Below are positions 12,459-25,568 of a stretch of DNA of 64,000 nucleotides, in pieces. Source of the DNA: Macrostomum lignano (taxonomy: Eukaryota); the NCBI GenBank assembly GCA_002269645.1, contig NIVC01000532.1, forward strand, positions 402,066-466,065. The letters are read 5' to 3'. Made by a program: the position numbers and the translations under genes. Below the pieces are notes generated by a model. It saw only the letters and a list, made by a program, of their open reading frames with translations. It was not told the origin of the DNA and ran no database searches. Positions within the stretch are counted from its first letter, which is position 1. The number at the start of each line of letters is the position of its first letter.

Positions 12459-13290
12459 AACCCAGAACTGGAATCAAGGGTTTTTTGGCCAAACCCAGAA
12501 CTGGAATCAAGGGTTTATTGGCCAAACCCAGAACTGGAATCAAGGGTTTATTGGCCAAACCCAGAACTGGAATCAAGGGTTTATTGGCTAAACCCAAACT
12601 GAAATCAAGGGTTTATTGGCTAAACACAGAACTGGAATCAAGGGTTTATTGGCTAAACCCCAATATGGAATAAAGGGTTTATTGATTAAACCCCAGATTG
12701 GAATCAAGGGTCTATTGGCTAAACCTCAAACTGGAATCAAGTGTTTATGGGCTAAACCCCAAACTGGAATCAAGGGTTTATGGGCTAAACCCCAAACTGG
12801 AATTAAGGGTTTATGGGCTAAACCCCAAACTGGAATCAAGGGTTTATGGGCTAAACCCCAAACTGGAATCAAGGGTTTATTGGCTAAACCCCAAACTGGA
12901 ATCAAGGGTTTATGGGCTAAACCCCAAAATGGAATCAATGGGTTTGTTGGCCAAACACAGAACTGGAATCAAGGGTTTATTGGCTAAACCCAAACTGAAA
13001 TCAAGGGTTTATTGGCTAAACACAGAACTGGAATCAAGGGTTTATTGGCTAAACCTCAAACTGGAATCAAGGGTTTATTGGCTAAACCTCAAACTGGAAT
13101 CAAGGGTTTATTGGCTAAACCTCAAACTGGAATCAAGGGTTTATTGGCTAAACCCCAAAATGGAATAAAGGGTTTATTGGCTAAACCCCAAACTAGAATC
13201 AAGGGTTTATTGGCTAAACCCCAAACTGGAATCAAGGGTTTATTGGCTAAACCCCAATATGGAATAAAGGCTTTATTGGCTAAACCCCAA
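12459..13290. repeat. 32-33-bp minisatellite (GGCTAAACCCCAAACTGGAATCAAGGGTTTATT)n in Tbx intron 3
   Basis: About 25 units. Confidence 0.95.
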
Positions 13291-13621
13291 TCTGAAATCT
13301 TAGCTTAAGAAAAAAAACTTCAATTTTCAGTTTCATTTTCAATTTTCAAAACTTCAAACTTCAACTCGAACTACTATAGTCTGCATTTGTATTGCGTAAT
13401 TTTTCTGAATCAGGGGCGCCCCGGTTTAAAGTGACTATTTTAGTAATCAGTCGCTTTGATAGTGATCAGCAGCAGCTATTGAAATTCCGATGAAATATTG
13501 AAGATTGAAGACTGAAAGAATGAAGAACTTGGCAGGGGTTGGTGGGTGTGGGCTGAAGCTTTAGTTGAAAATTAGCATGCATTACGCAATTGTGCGTTTG
13601 AAGGGGGAGAGGAAGAAAAGG

Positions 13622-14905
13622 GCCGGAAAGACGGGGCGGAGAGACGGGGCGGAAAGACGGGGCGGAGAGACGGGGCGGAAAGACGGGGCGGAAAGACGGG
13701 GGCGGAGAGAAGGGCGGAGAGAAGTAGCGGGGAGACGGGGCGGAGAAAAGAGCGGAGAGAAGGGGCGGAGAGACGGGGCGGAGAGAAGGGCGGAGAGAAG
13801 GGCGGAGAGAAGGGGCGGAGAGACGGGGCGGAGAGACGGGGCGGAGAGACGGGGCGGAGAGAAGGGGCGGAGAGAAGGGCGGAGAGAAGGGGCGGAGAGA
13901 CGGGGCGGAGAGAAGGGGCGGAGAGAAGGGGCGGAGAGAAGGGCGGAGAGAAGGGGCGGAGAGACGGGGCGGAGAGAAGGGGCGGAGAGAAGGGGCGGAG
14001 AGACGGGGCGGAGAGAAGGGGCGGAGAGAAGGGCGGAGAGAAGGGGCGGAGAGAAGGGCGGAGAGACGGGGCGGAGAGAGAGGGCGGAGAGAAGGGCGGA
14101 GAGAAGGGGCGGAGAGAAGGGCGGAGAGAAGGGCGAGAGAAAGGGCGGAGAGACGGGGGCGGAGAGGAGAAGGGGCGGAAAGACGGGGCGGAGAGAAGGG
14201 GCGGAGAGACGGGGCGGAGAGACGGGGCGGAGAGAAGGGGCGGAGAGAAGGGGCGGAGAGAAGGGCGGAGAGAAGGGGCGGAGAGAAGGGCGGAGAGACG
14301 GGGCGGAGAGAAGGGGCGGAGAGAAGGGGCGGAGAGAAGGGCGGAGAGAAGGGGCGGAGAGAAAGGGCGGAGAGACGGGGCGGAGAGAAAGGGCGGAAAG
14401 ACGGGGGCGGAGAGAAGGGGCGGAAAGACGGGGGCGGAGAGAAGGGCGGAGAGAAGGGGCGGAGAGAAAGGGCGGAGAGACGGGGCGGAGAGAAAGGGCG
14501 GAAAGACGGGGGCGGAGAGGAGAAGGGGCGGAAAGACGGGGGCGGAGAGAAGGGGCGGAGAGACGGGGCGGAGAGAAAGGGCGGAAAGACGGGGGCGGAG
14601 AGGAGAAGGGGCGGAAAGACGGGGGCGGAGAGAAGGGCGGAGAGAAGGGGCGGAGAGACGGGGCGGAGAGAAAGGGCGGAAAGACGGGGCGGAGAGAAGG
14701 GGCGGAGAGACGGGGCGGAGAGGAGAAGGGGCGGAAAGACGGGGGCGGAGAGAAGGGCGGAGAGAAGGGGCGGAGAGACGGGGCGGAGAGAAAGGGCGGA
14801 AAGACGGGGGCGGAGAGGAGAAGGGGCGGAAAGACGGGGGCGGAGAGAAGGGGCGGAAAGACGGGGCGGAGAGAAGGGGCGGAGAGACGGGGCGGAGAGA
14901 AGGGG
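13622..14905. repeat. About 13-bp purine-rich GC-box minisatellite (GGGGCGGAGAGA(A/C))n in Tbx intron 3
   Basis: On the order of 90-100 GGGCGG-containing units. Confidence 0.93.
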
Positions 14906-16141
14906 CGCAGAGGAAGGCGCAGCACTCTTTCTTAGCTTTTAACGAGCGCCCAATTCAGCGATTGGAAAGAATGCGCGCAGCGGCTGCGGTGAAAGCAAAA
15001 ATTGTCGAAAAATTCGGATGCATTCGGTGCTAGAGGCGCCTGTGAGGGGTCTTTTGGAGAAGGCCACTGTGGCCCCCTGCTGCGGTGAGGGAAGAGGATA
15101 GAAAGAGGAGAAAATGGGAGAGACTGAAGAGGAACAGGAAGCGAGGATGAGGCGAGCAGTCAGGTCTGATTAGGCTTGGCAGCAAATTTTTTTCTTTGAA
15201 GCCGGGCAGCGGCGGCAGCGGCGGCGGCGGTGGCGGCGGCAGCTCTCCTAAGATGAGAGAGCGAGAAGGGGCTTAAGGGGGGTGGGAAGGGAGGTCCCAG
15301 TTTTCCTCTCCAACTGGGCGGGGATCGCGCATTCCTCAGTAGCAGCTTGGGGCAGTTCTGCAGCCAACTGCGGCCGGGTCCCGACCTCTCCTGATGGCCC
15401 GTTGCATGCCCGGCTAAATTTACAACTTCCTTCCTGCCTTCGGGCCTGTCGATAATTCACGATGGCGGCGCACGGAGGAGGCTCTCGGGGGATGGAGACA
15501 GTCTTGGGGGGATGGGGAGGGAGTTGGGGCTTCCGTCAGCTTCCTGTCTGACCAGTCAAGGCGATGCGGACAATGTCCTCATGTCTGCTGACAGATGGAC
15601 CAACCGCAGGTGAGGCAGGCGGATTATTCGTTTGGATTTCGCGGAAGAGAAAGTCAACTGGAATTAATCCGGGCTTAAAGTCTCGAATTCTCCTGAGCTT
15701 TCAACCTGCCACTGGATTCGCTCAGTCAGTCACTCTCTCTATAATATTCTCTATTTCTTAAAACAATATTTGCTCAACCCTGAGAGAGCTGCCACGGCAT
15801 GAGCTGACTAGCGCTGCTTCTGGCTACCGCTGCCCCCGACCCAGTCTTGGATCAACAGTCAGCTTGGCGCCCTCGGGAAACTGTTCTTTTTTGTGCAGAC
15901 ACTTTTCGAACTCACCGCGCTCGTTGTGGCAAGAGAAAAATTGGGCAAATATTTTCCAATCATGTTGTGGAATTTCTAATTTTTTGGAAGAAGAGGACGG
16001 AGAGGTCCATGAAGTCTGCTTGATTCTGCTGCAGGGCATTCGCCCCTCGCTACACATCAACCAGCCAACGAACGCATCAACTCCTTCATAAACGTATATC
16101 GCGTTACGGCCAAAATGCCTAAGATTGGGCAGCAGACAGAG

Positions 16142-16172
<31 letters not shown>

Positions 16173-16441
16173 GTGCCTGGCTGTCTGCTTTTTCAGTGGC
16201 GCCAGAGGCCAAAGCTGCCGCAGCTGAGGTCTGAGTTTTTCCCTTTACATTTAAATTTTTTAGGCAAGTTTGTGCAGATTTGTTTGCGGAGCACGGAGTT
16301 CAGTTTCATGGGGCGCACAAAGGGTGCCGCCCATGCTTGCAGGGACTGACCTTGTTAAACTGTCCAGCAACACCATTTTTAATGTGATTTTTTGAACGGA
16401 TGACCAAGCGGTAGCAGTGAAAAATACAAGTCGAATAAAGT

Positions 16442-16795
16442 GATGAGATCTCAGATGAGACGTATCGATGAGATCTCAGATGAGACGTATCGATGAGATC
16501 TCAGATGAGACGTATCGATGAGATCTCAGATGAGACATATCGATGAGATCTCAGATGAGACGTATCGATGAGATCTCAGATGAGACGTATCGACGAGATC
16601 CAGTTAAGACGCATCTATGAGATCTCAGATAAGACACACCTATGAGATCTCAGATAAGACACACCTATGAGATCTCAGATGAGGCGCATCTTTGAAATCT
16701 CAAATGAGACGGATCTATGAGATCTCAGATGAGGCGCATCTATCTCTATGAGATTTCAACTGAGACGCATCTATAAGATCTCAAATGAGACAATT
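16442..16795. repeat. 25-bp palindrome-containing minisatellite (GATGAGATCTCAGATGAGACGTATC)n
   Basis: The unit contains the perfect palindrome TGAGATCTCA; the array degenerates toward the exon 3 donor. Confidence 0.9.
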
Positions 16796-16815
16796 TTAAC
16801 ATCTGAAACAGTTTA

Positions 16816-17025
<210 letters not shown>

Positions 17026-17047
17026 TTAAGAGGATAAAATGTTTTGT

Positions 17048-17272
17048 TGCTTTGCTATGCGTTTCTATGAATTGCTATGCGTTGCTATGCGTTGCTATGC
17101 GTTGCTATGCGTTGCTATGCGTTGCTATGCGTTGCTATGCGTTGCTATGCGTTGCTATGCATTTCTATGCGTTGCTATGCGTTGCTATGCGTTGCTATGC
17201 GTTGCTATGCGTTGCTATGCGTTGCTATGCATTACTATGCATTTCTATGCGTTGCTATGCGTTGCTACGCAT
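17048..17272. repeat. 10-bp repeat (TGCTATGCGT)n filling Tbx intron 2
   Basis: About 22 units. Confidence 0.95.
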
Positions 17273-17306
17273 TTATTTGAAACTTTATGACATAATTTAA
17301 GCTCAC

Positions 17307-17402
17307 CTGCAGTCGTCCATCGGTACAATATCCATCAGCATGATGTACTTGGCTCGCTTGTCCAGGCCGGACACTTTAGCTTTGAACGGTGGGAACATGC
17401 GA
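17307..17402 (-). CDS. Tbx2/3: Tbx2/3 exon 2
   Basis: cag|T CGC ATG TTC gives [32 protein letters not shown], followed by donor AG|gtgag. Confidence 0.95.
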
Positions 17403-18487
17403 CTGAAATATCGGGTGAGGTCAAATGAATTGAAGATTGATTGCTTCAGATCTGCTTGATTGACGTTTGAACTCGAATTTGAAAATAGCCAAATAGGAAA
17501 ATGACATGAGAGCATTGTTTAGTTTAACGATTGATCCGAGGGTATAACTGAGACGGTCTTGACAAAATATACAAATTTGATTACTAATGGCACATGAGTG
17601 CCTGTTTAAAAAAATGGCATCCAACAATGATACTCAGTGAGCTCAGTCTCACCCCAAAAGCATTCAGATTGCTAACACAACAGAATCTGCAGTGGCGGTG
17701 AGATGAACACTCAGATAAATTCTCTCCTATACCAGTAAAAATTGGCTTTTAAACACGGTGTGGCTGCAGCATCTGCAGCTGAGAGGATATCTACTCCATC
17801 ATGTTGGTAGCGTCAAGTCTCTCTCTCAAGTCACCTACCAATGCTGTGACGATGGTTATAAAAGATAGTAACGCTTGTCGTTACTAAAATCGTTGAAAAA
17901 ATCTATAAGAACTGTGCAGGCGTGTCACACCGCATGCAGGAATTCAATATTGATAAGATGGAGTCTGCAGGGAATCGCTCTGGCTATAAGGTTGCCATGC
18001 CAGACGAAAATGTTAGAGATTTTTGCTAACGGACAGAACAACCATGCAGCAATAAACATCCCCTTGACGGCTTCTGGCCAAGCGCCGGAAAAATACCTCC
18101 CCCCTTCCCCGAGTTTAATGACCTCCCCTTGGCGTCGCTGGCAGGTCGCGCCGAAGTATTTAGGATTAGGGGGGATCTGATAAGGTGGAGACAAGTGAGA
18201 ACCAGGTAGATTAGAAGTGTGGAGATAAAAAGACCGCTTGGGGGACCAGAGGGCCACCGGATTCCTGCATTTGCCCTGTTGCGCAGTAAATAAAACTGAT
18301 AGGGAGACAAGCAGGCGCCAAAATGCGCTGCATATCTAGACAGTGGCGGCGACTGTGGAAGCCTGACCCACTTTATAAAGGCCTGGGGACCGCATCAATG
18401 AAAACTGTTCTTCATATATGTTAATGACCCAATAAACTAGAAATATGCAGAATTATTGCAATTCCAATGCAGCTTTTCTGAAAAATC

Positions 18488-18793
18488 TAATGTAGCTCTT
18501 CTAATGAAACCCTAATGCAGCTCTTCTAATGAAACCCTAATGCATCTCTTCTAATGAAACCCTAATGCAGCTCTTCTAATGAAACCCTAATGTAGCTCTT
18601 CTAATGAAACCCTAATGCAGCTCTTCTAATGAAACCCTAATGCAGCTCTTCTAATGAAACCCTAATGCAGCTCTTCGAATGAAACCCTAATGCAGCTCTT
18701 CTAATGAAACCCTAATGCAGCTCTTCTAATGAAACCCAAATGCAGCTCTTCTAATGAACCCCTAGTGCAGCTCTTCTAATGAAACCCTAATGA
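18488..18793. repeat. 25-bp minisatellite (CTAATGCAGCTCTTCTAATGAAACC)n in Tbx intron 1
   Basis: About 12 units, most containing AAACCCTAA. Confidence 0.93.
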
Positions 18794-18912
18794 TGTCCCA
18801 CTGAAATTCTAATCGTGCTCAATTGAACTTCTAATGCAATTCTAATGTATTTTAAGCCATAAACGCCCAAGATAAGGCAGAAGCGATAGCACGACAGAAC
18901 GAGTTCACCAAC

Positions 18913-19310
18913 CGGCCACTCTTAGTGATGACCATCTCCGTGCCAAATCCGTGAAACTGATGCCACAGATCCCTCTCGATCAGTTCAACCTTCGGGTCGT
19001 CTTTGAAATCAGTGTCGGCAGGCTGCGACGGTTGCTGGTTCGACTGAGAAGCCGCCGACGTATGATGCTGGGACGACGGCAGCAGGCCCGGTGGCAGCGG
19101 CGGTGGCGGCAGAGGCGGCGGCTGCTGTCCAGCGTGAGTCTGGCTGGCGAAAGCGGCTGCCAGTGCAGCGGAAAAATTCAAAGCATGAGCAGCGGCGGCA
19201 GCCTTGCTGGAGCCAAGATGAAGCTGGTGATGCTGCTGCTGCTGCTGCTGCTGCTCGTCAGAAGCTGACGAACTTGCAGCAGGCAGAGCGGCGAACGGAC
19301 TGAATGCCAT
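18913..19310 (-). CDS. Tbx2/3: Tbx2/3 exon 1 (N-terminus and start of T-box)
   Basis: Translates MAFSPF...polyQ/polyP...[30 protein letters not shown], followed by donor CG|gttggt at 18912. Confidence 0.93.
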
Positions 19311-19994
19311 TCGAAATTTCTATCGCTAATTGCGAGTAAGTTCGATTATTTTTCAATTTTCAAAGCAAATTGCGGCAAAGTTTCTGGCATGCCTGTTCTT
19401 ATCGTTACTTTCAATTTTTGAACCGCGCCGGGGCCCCAGCCAGTCTCCCAACCCCCCCCCTCCCCCCAGGTGGCGGCAGGGAGGCGTCAACCACTCAGGT
19501 TGCTTCTCCTGCGCTCCTCCTCTCCTCCCTCGCGAAACGTGACAGGCTGACGCCACCCCCAATGGCATCGCTCGGGGATTCGTCAAGGCAATATGAATCC
19601 CTCCCCACCTCAGATGCCCACCAAAGGGATATTAGTTTAGCCATCTCTTCTCACCATGGACTACTAACATTAAATAAGCGCAGTCTGGAATGAAAACAGC
19701 AACAACATTTTTTGATGCATTGGTGGATTCAATAGAGTCTCGATGTGTAGTTCACAAAGATGGCCCTTTACCTGTGATTTACAATGCCTTGCGTTAGACT
19801 TCAGACACTCACTTAGACATGATTCACAATCTCCCAGACATTATTCACACTCGATCACGCGTGATTTACACTTTTTTTAGACATGATTCACACTCCTCCA
19901 GACATGATTTATATTCTCTCAGGCATGATTCACTCACTTTAGCATAATTCACACTCCCGTAACGCGTGATTCAAACATGATTCACGCTCGTTCA

Positions 19995-20732
19995 CAAGTC
20001 TCACCTGAGCTTCACTCTTCCTTAGGCGTGATTCACAAACCTCACCTGAGCTTCACTCTTCCTCAGGCGTGATTCACTAGTCTCACCTGAGCTTCACTCT
20101 TCCTTAGGCGTGATTCACAAACCTCACCTGAGCTTCACTCTTCCTTAGGCGTGATTCACAAACCTCACCTGAGCTTCACTCTTCCTTAGGCGTGATTCAC
20201 AAACCTCACCTGAGCTTCACTCTTCCTCAGGCGTGATTCACAAACCTCACCTGAGCTTCACTCTTCCTTAGGCGTGATTCACAAACCTCACCTGAGCTTC
20301 ATTCTTCCTCAGGCGTGATTCACAAACCTCACCTGAGCTTCATTCTTCCTCAGGCGTGATTCACAAACCTCACCTGAGCTTCACTCTTCCTCAGGCGTGA
20401 TTCACAAACCTCACCTGAGCTTCACTCTTCCTCAGGCGTGATTTACAAACCTCACCTGAGCTTCACTCTTCCTCAGGCGTGATTCACAAACCTCACCTGA
20501 GCTTCACTCTTCCTTAGGCGTGATTCACAAACCTCACCTGAGCTTCATTCTTCCTCAGGCGTGATTCACAAACCTCACCTGAGCTTCATTCTTCCTCAGG
20601 CGTGATTCACAAACCTCACCTGAGCTTCACTCTTCCTCAGGCGTGATTCACAAACCTCACCTGAGCTTCACTCTTCCTCAGGTGTGATTCACAAACCTCA
20701 CCTGAGCTTCACTCTTCCTCAGGCGTGATTCA
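19995..20732. repeat. 41-bp minisatellite 5' of the Tbx ATG
   Basis: Unit CCTCACCTGAGCTTCACTCTTCCTCAGGCGTGATTCACAAA, about 18 copies. Confidence 0.95.
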
Positions 20733-21079
20733 CAGCGCCTCGCCTGACAGTCACAAACCGAGTTATTCCCATCCCACTCTCTCTGCACCTGTGCTTCACA
20801 CCGCCTTGCCTTCACTTTAACAGCAGTGTGAAAATTCATCACACGAGCACAGAAAGCTCTCTTGACCGCTGCACCAGCAATTATGTCTCGACTTCGCTCC
20901 ATTTTCGAGCCCCTCCGAACCTCCTATGTATCCTCTTCTGCAATGCTCCATGCTTCATTTCGAGCCCTATTGCAGCCAAGGTCTGAACCGCGCCGGACGC
21001 CCCCCTTTCCTGCGCCAGACATCTACCCGTACCGCGCCAGGGCCAGTCCCCAGGATCAGTGATTTGGTTCAATTAGTCA

Positions 21080-21290
21080 GTCCTCCCCTCCCGCACCCCT
21101 CTCCCATGCCCCGCGCCACGCCGCCGCCACACGCCACGCCACCGCGCGCCGCCGCCACGCGCCGCGCCGCCGCTGCGCGCCGCGCCGCCGCCGCGCGCTG
21201 CGCCGCCGCCAGGCCAATCCGCGCCGGACGCCGTCCACGAAAATGGCCATTGGCTGCAATAGGGATTTCGAGTGCCAAGTCTTTTCTCCC
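21080..21290. promoter_or_regulatory. CpG-rich island with CCAAT and YY1-like motifs, candidate Tbx2/3 promoter
   Basis: A very GC/CpG-rich run followed by GGCCAATC, AAAATGGCC and ATTGG, about 1.8 kb 5' of the Tbx ATG. Confidence 0.35.
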
Positions 21291-21607
21291 TTCTCTGAAA
21301 CAGAGATATCGCTTTCCCTCGCGTCCCCCGAGTGATTCGATATCCTTGTGGAGAACAAAAGACCCCCTTATTCCCGTTCCCGTCAGCTCTGTCGGAGGCG
21401 CCTTTTGTCTCTTTTTCTCGGCGAGAAATTCTCTCTTTGGATTGCCTCGCCTCCGACTCGCGACTTGTCGCTTCGCCTCGCGCCAGACTGATACAATTAA
21501 ACCAACTGCAAGCGGCGATCGAGTGTCAGGAGGGACATTTGCTTAGTTAGTTATCTTAATCCATTGGCGAATTGGCATTGATTTTTTCGATTGATCTTTT
21601 TGTGAGA

Positions 21608-23762
21608 ATGCCATGGGTGTCACTCTGTGTGCCATGGGTGTCACTCTGTGTGCCATGGGTGTCACTCTGGGTGCCATGGGTGTCACTCTGTGTGCCATGG
21701 GTGTCACTCTGTGTGCCATGGGTGTCACTCTGGGTGCCATGGGTGTCACTCTGTGTGCCATGGGTGTCACTCTGTGTGCCATGGGTGTCACTCTGTGTCA
21801 TGGGTGTCACTCTGTGTGCCATGGGTGTCACTCTGTGTCATGGGTGTCACTCTGTGTGCCATGGGTGTCACTCTGTGTGCCATGGGTGTCACTCTGTGTG
21901 CCATGGGTGTCACTCTGTGTGCCATGGGTGTCACTCTGTGTGCCATGGGTGTCACTCTGTGTGCCATGGGTGTCACTCTGTGTGCCATGGGTGTCACTCT
22001 GTGTCATGGGTGTCACTGTTGCATGGGTGTCACTCTGTGTGCCATGGGTGTCACTCTGTGTCATGGGTGTCACTCTGTGTCATGGGTGTCACTTTGTGTG
22101 CCATGGGTGTCGTCACTCTGTGTCATGGGTGTCACTCTGTGCCATGAGGTGTCACTCTGTGCCGGCCGTGTATATCACTCTGTGCCATTTGGTATCACTC
22201 TGTCATTTGGTGTGACTCTATGCCATTTGTTGTCACTCTGTGCCATTTGGTATCACTCTGTCATTTGGTGTGACTCTGTGCCATTTGTTGTCACTCTGTG
22301 CCATTTGGTATCACTCTGTGCCATTTGGTGTCACTCTGTGCCATTTGGTGTGACTCTGTGCCATTTGGTATCACTCTGCCATTTGGTGTGACTCTGTGCC
22401 ACTTGGTGTGACTCTGTGCCATTTGGTGTCAGTCTGTGCCATTTGGTATCACTCTGTGCCATTTGGTGTGACTCTGTGCCATTAGGTGTGACTCTGTGCC
22501 ATTTGGTATCACTCTGTGCCATTTGGTATCACTCTGTGCCATTTGGTGTGACTCTGTGCCATTTGGTATCACTCTGTGCCATTTGGTGTGACTCTGTGCC
22601 ATTTGGTATCACTCTGTGCCATTTGGTGTGACTCTGTGTCATTTGGTGTGACTCTGTGCCATTTGGTGTCAGTCTGTGCCATTTGGTATCACTCTGTGCC
22701 ATTTGGTGTGACTCTGTGCCATTAGGTGTGACTCTGTGCCATTTGGTATCACTCTGTGCCATTTGATGTGACTCTGTGCCATTTGGTGTGACTCTGTGCC
22801 ATTTGGTGTGACTCTGTGCCATTTGGTATCACTCTGTGCCATTTAGTGTGACTCTGTGCCATTTGGTATCACTCTGTGCCATTTGGTGTGACTCTGTGCC
22901 ATTTGGTGTGACTCTGTGCCATTTGCTATCACTCTTTGCCATTTGGTATCACTCTGTGCCATGAGGTGTCACTCTGTGCCATTTGGTGTCAGTCTATACC
23001 ATTTGGTATCACTCTGTGCCATTTGGTGTGACTCTGTGCCATTTGGTGTGACTCTGTGCCATTTGTTGTCACTCTGTGCCATTTGGTATCACTCTGTGCC
23101 ATTTGGTGTCACTCTGTGCCATTTGGTGTGACTCTGTGCCATTTGGTATCACTCTGCCATTTGGTGTGACTCTGTGCCACTTGGTGTGACTCTGTGCCAT
23201 TTGGTGTCAGTCTGTGCCATTTGGTATCACTCTGTGCCATTTGGTGTGACTCTGTGCCATTAGGTGTGACTCTGTGCCATTTGGTATCACTCTGTGCCAT
23301 TTGGTGTGACTCTGTGCCATTTGGTATCACTCTGTGCCATTTGGTGTGACTCTGTGCCATTTGGTATCACTCTGTGCCATTTGGTGTGACTCTGTGTCAT
23401 TTGGTGTGACTCTGTGCCATTTGGTGTCAGTCTGTGCCATTTGGTATCACTCTGTGCCATTTGGTGTGACTCTGTGCCATTTGGTATCACTCTGTGCCAT
23501 TTGGTGTGACTCTGTGCCATTTGGTATCACTCTGTGCCATTTAGTGTGACTCTGTGCCATTTGGTATCACTCTGTGCCATTTGGTGTGACTCTGTGCCAT
23601 TTGGTGTGACTCTGTGCCATTTGCTATCACTCTTTGCCATTTGGTATCACTCTGTGCCATGAGGTGTCACTCTGTGCCATTTGGTGTCAGTCTATGCCAT
23701 TTGGTATCACTCTGTGCCATTTGGTGTGACTCTGTGCCATTTGGTGTGACTCTGTGCCATTT
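21608..23762. repeat. Compound minisatellite: 21-mer (GCCATGGGTGTCACTCTGTGT) grading into 20-mer (CCATTTGGT(GTG/ATC)ACTCTGTG)
   Basis: The switch occurs at about 22150; the 20-mer part contains 700-780-bp higher-order duplications. Confidence 0.95.
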
Positions 23763-24284
23763 GGCATTAATCAATTAATCATTAATCACTCATGAGGTGA
23801 GTAAAATATAGAACTAAAAATCCAATATCAGCGCTACAAATTAAAGCTGACAAAGGGACGCCGTGTTCCATGCAGAATGAATTGGTATGGACATGCAAAA
23901 GCAAGTGGCACATTATGCCTTTTTCTATAGCTTGCCCCATAAATGCTTTTCTTTCTATCCATTACTGGTCGACCACATAATGCAAAGGTTATTAGAAGGG
24001 ACAGTTGACTTAAACTTGGTGCGCCGGCATTCTTGCGCCTTGCGTAAGAAAGCAAGACTGGCTCTACAGAGCGACTTAAGTGTGCTGTTACGCAGTCCAT
24101 TGCAGCGAAAGAATTTACAATGGCTGCCGACAACTATGCCAATGCTATATTATAGCGACCTCCCAGTGCATGCGACCAGATCTGTGTCGCTTTGAAAGGC
24201 CAGTAAATGGTTAAGTGCAGCAGATGATTGCCTATTGGCATTTCGATGCTCAATGAGGATATTATATAGCGTTAGAATATTACG

Positions 24285-24630
24285 GACGATTAATTAGGAT
24301 ATTATTAGGGACGATTAGGATATTATATTAGGGGCGATTAAGATGCTATTAGGGACGATTAGGAATTAGGATACTATTAGGGACGATAAGACACCATTGG
24401 GGACGATTAGGATACTATTAAGGACGATTAGGATACTACTAGGGACGATTAGGATATTATTAGGGACGATTAGGATACTACTAGGGACGATTAGGATACT
24501 ACTAGGGACGATTAGGATACTACTAGGGACGATTAGGATATTATTAGGGACGATTAGGATACTACTAGGGACGATTAGGATATTATTAGGGACGATGAAG
24601 ACACCATTAGGGACGATTAGGATATTAGGG
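24285..24630. repeat. 21-bp minisatellite (GGGACGATTAGGATACTACTA)n
   Basis: About 15 units. Confidence 0.92.
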
Positions 24631-25079
24631 ACAACTAAGTGGGTAATTAGCACATTATGGGAAGACATCAGCTAATTTATAGACACCCAGGGACATTGAG
24701 CAATATAGTCAAAACTAAACAACGCAGAAGCATGACTAATGAGATTTCAGATCAAGCACTTTCCTTGAAATGAATGCAACATGGCGTAACAAAAGGTGGA
24801 CTCGGAACACCGATGGTTAGACACAAATTTTATTTTAATAAGTAGTGATTTATATTAACCGGCAAAAACAGACAATAGTAAGCCTGTAAAATATTTTATA
24901 AATTAACAGGTAGCTAAAGGCCTAAACAATATGCTACTCATAGTGTAACCCGCATACATTTCAATGAAACGCTACAGAAAATAAACTAGCAAATTTAGTC
25001 TACTGATAGTAGTAGCCAAGATAGACTTTTAACGTATTTTTGTTTTAACGACAAAAAAAGCAAATTTAACAAAAACCTA

Positions 25080-25085
25080 TTTATT
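25080..25085 (-). terminator. Candidate polyadenylation signal of PHB2
   Basis: AATAAA on the minus strand about 16 nt after the stop codon. Confidence 0.45.
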
Positions 25086-25100
25086 CCTCGAGATGGTCAA

Positions 25101-25568
25101 TTAACAAACGTACCGAAGAAATGAAAAAATCAATCCATCATTTTTTAAACGACGCTTTTTAACGCCGGTTTCTACTCGCTCGTCAAACGCCGGATCCTGC
25201 AGATTCATCATCAGAGCGCTGCCGTCAAGATAGGCCCGATTCTGCGATTGGGCAAGCGTCCTAGCAATGCCTTGGGCCGCTTTAATCTTGCGCAACTTCA
25301 AATAGCCCGGATTGAGGCTGACAGCTTCGCCAATAAGCCTGGCAGCTTCGGCTTCGCCTTCAGCTTGCACCACCTTCTGCTGGCGCTCCTGCCTGGCCCG
25401 TTCAACGTAGAATTGGGCGCGCTGAGCCTCCTGCTGGGCGATCTGCTTGGCCTCAACAGCGGCCGCGTACACCTGCGAGAATGACAGATCCGTGATGGAC
25501 ACGTCGTCCACAATGACGTTAAAATCGCGAGCCCGTTCCATTAAGTTCTTGCGGATTAGCAGCGATAC
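25101..25568 (-). CDS. PHB2: Prohibitin-2 exon 4
   Basis: [26 protein letters not shown]...[33 protein letters not shown]...; stop TAA at 25101-25103. Confidence 0.95.
   Translation of the reverse strand, partial: VSLLIRKNLMERARDFNVIVDDVSITDLSFSQVYAAAVEAKQIAQQEAQRAQFYVERARQERQQKVVQAEGEAEAARLIGEAVSLNPGYLKLRKIKAAQGIARTLAQSQNRAYLDGSALMMNLQDPAFDERVETGVKKRRLKNDGLIFSFLRYVC

Noticed and set aside
23834-24195. ORFs, including an RMNWYGH motif reminiscent of the RTE retroposon C-terminus
   Set aside because: A single short motif with many stops and no RT context.
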